NCBI RefSeq assembly: GCF_963921235.1
Contig: NC_086126.1
Location: forward strand, 16,368,001-16,432,000
Source: Mobula hypostoma
Lineage: Eukaryota
Direction of reading: 5' to 3'
DNA length: 64,000 nt
The notes under the pieces were generated by a model that saw only the letters and a program-made list of their open reading frames with translations, ran no database searches and was not told the DNA's origin. Position numbers and translations under genes: made by a program. This document shows positions 63,730 through 64,000 of this stretch, piece after piece (positions within the stretch are counted from its first letter, which is position 1; every line of letters starts with the position of its first letter).

Positions 63730-63995
63730 GCAGGCACCATGGTGGTGTAGCAGTTAGCACAATGCTATCACAGTTCAGGGTGTTCCAGAGTTGGGAGTTC
63801 AATTCCAGCGCCTTCTGCAAGGAGTTTGTACATTCTCTCCGGGACCACGTGGGTTTCCTCCCACATCCCAAAGACGTACCGGTCCATCGGTTAATTGGTG
63901 ATTGTAAAGTGTCCTGTGATTAGGCTGCTGTTAAATAGGTGAGTTGCTGGGTGGTGCAACTTGTTGGGCCGGAAGGGCCCATTCCGTACTATACA
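63730..63995 (+). mobile_element. tRNA-derived V-SINE (HE1-like) with CR1-type tail
   Basis: A-box TGGTGTAGCAGTTAG, B-box GTTCAATTCC, V-domain-like CGTGGGTTTCCTCCCACATCCCAAAGACGT, tail GGGCCGGAAGGGCC. Confidence 0.75.
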
Positions 63996-64000
63996 GTATC

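Overview
Eukaryotic, repeat-rich vertebrate DNA. The mix of CR1/HER1-like, Rex1/Babar, Neptune-type Penelope and HE1-like V-SINE repeats, plus the histone sequences, suggests a cartilaginous fish (shark or ray); this is an inference. The first ~31 kb is a dispersed replication-dependent histone cluster: H4(+), H3.2(+), a divergent H1(-), H2A(-), H2B(-), a second H2B(-) and a second H4(-). All are intronless, each with a 3' stem-loop and purine-rich downstream element. Between them are four histone remnants: two orphan H4 promoters, an orphan H2A promoter and an orphan H4 3' end. Three of the four abut LINE fragments. The remainder is nested transposable elements (CR1, Rex1/Babar, Nimb/I, RTE, Tc1, hAT, Gypsy solo LTR). 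The most interesting signal is a Penelope-like family carrying a minimal type I hammerhead ribozyme ~100-130 nt from its 3' end. The window holds one near-complete copy, one internally deleted copy and about ten short derivatives. Several have clean 10-14 bp target-site duplications, their 5' junctions cluster inside the ribozyme core, and four are fold-back hairpins centred on it. Boundaries of decayed repeats are approximate, and family names come from motif recognition, not database searches.
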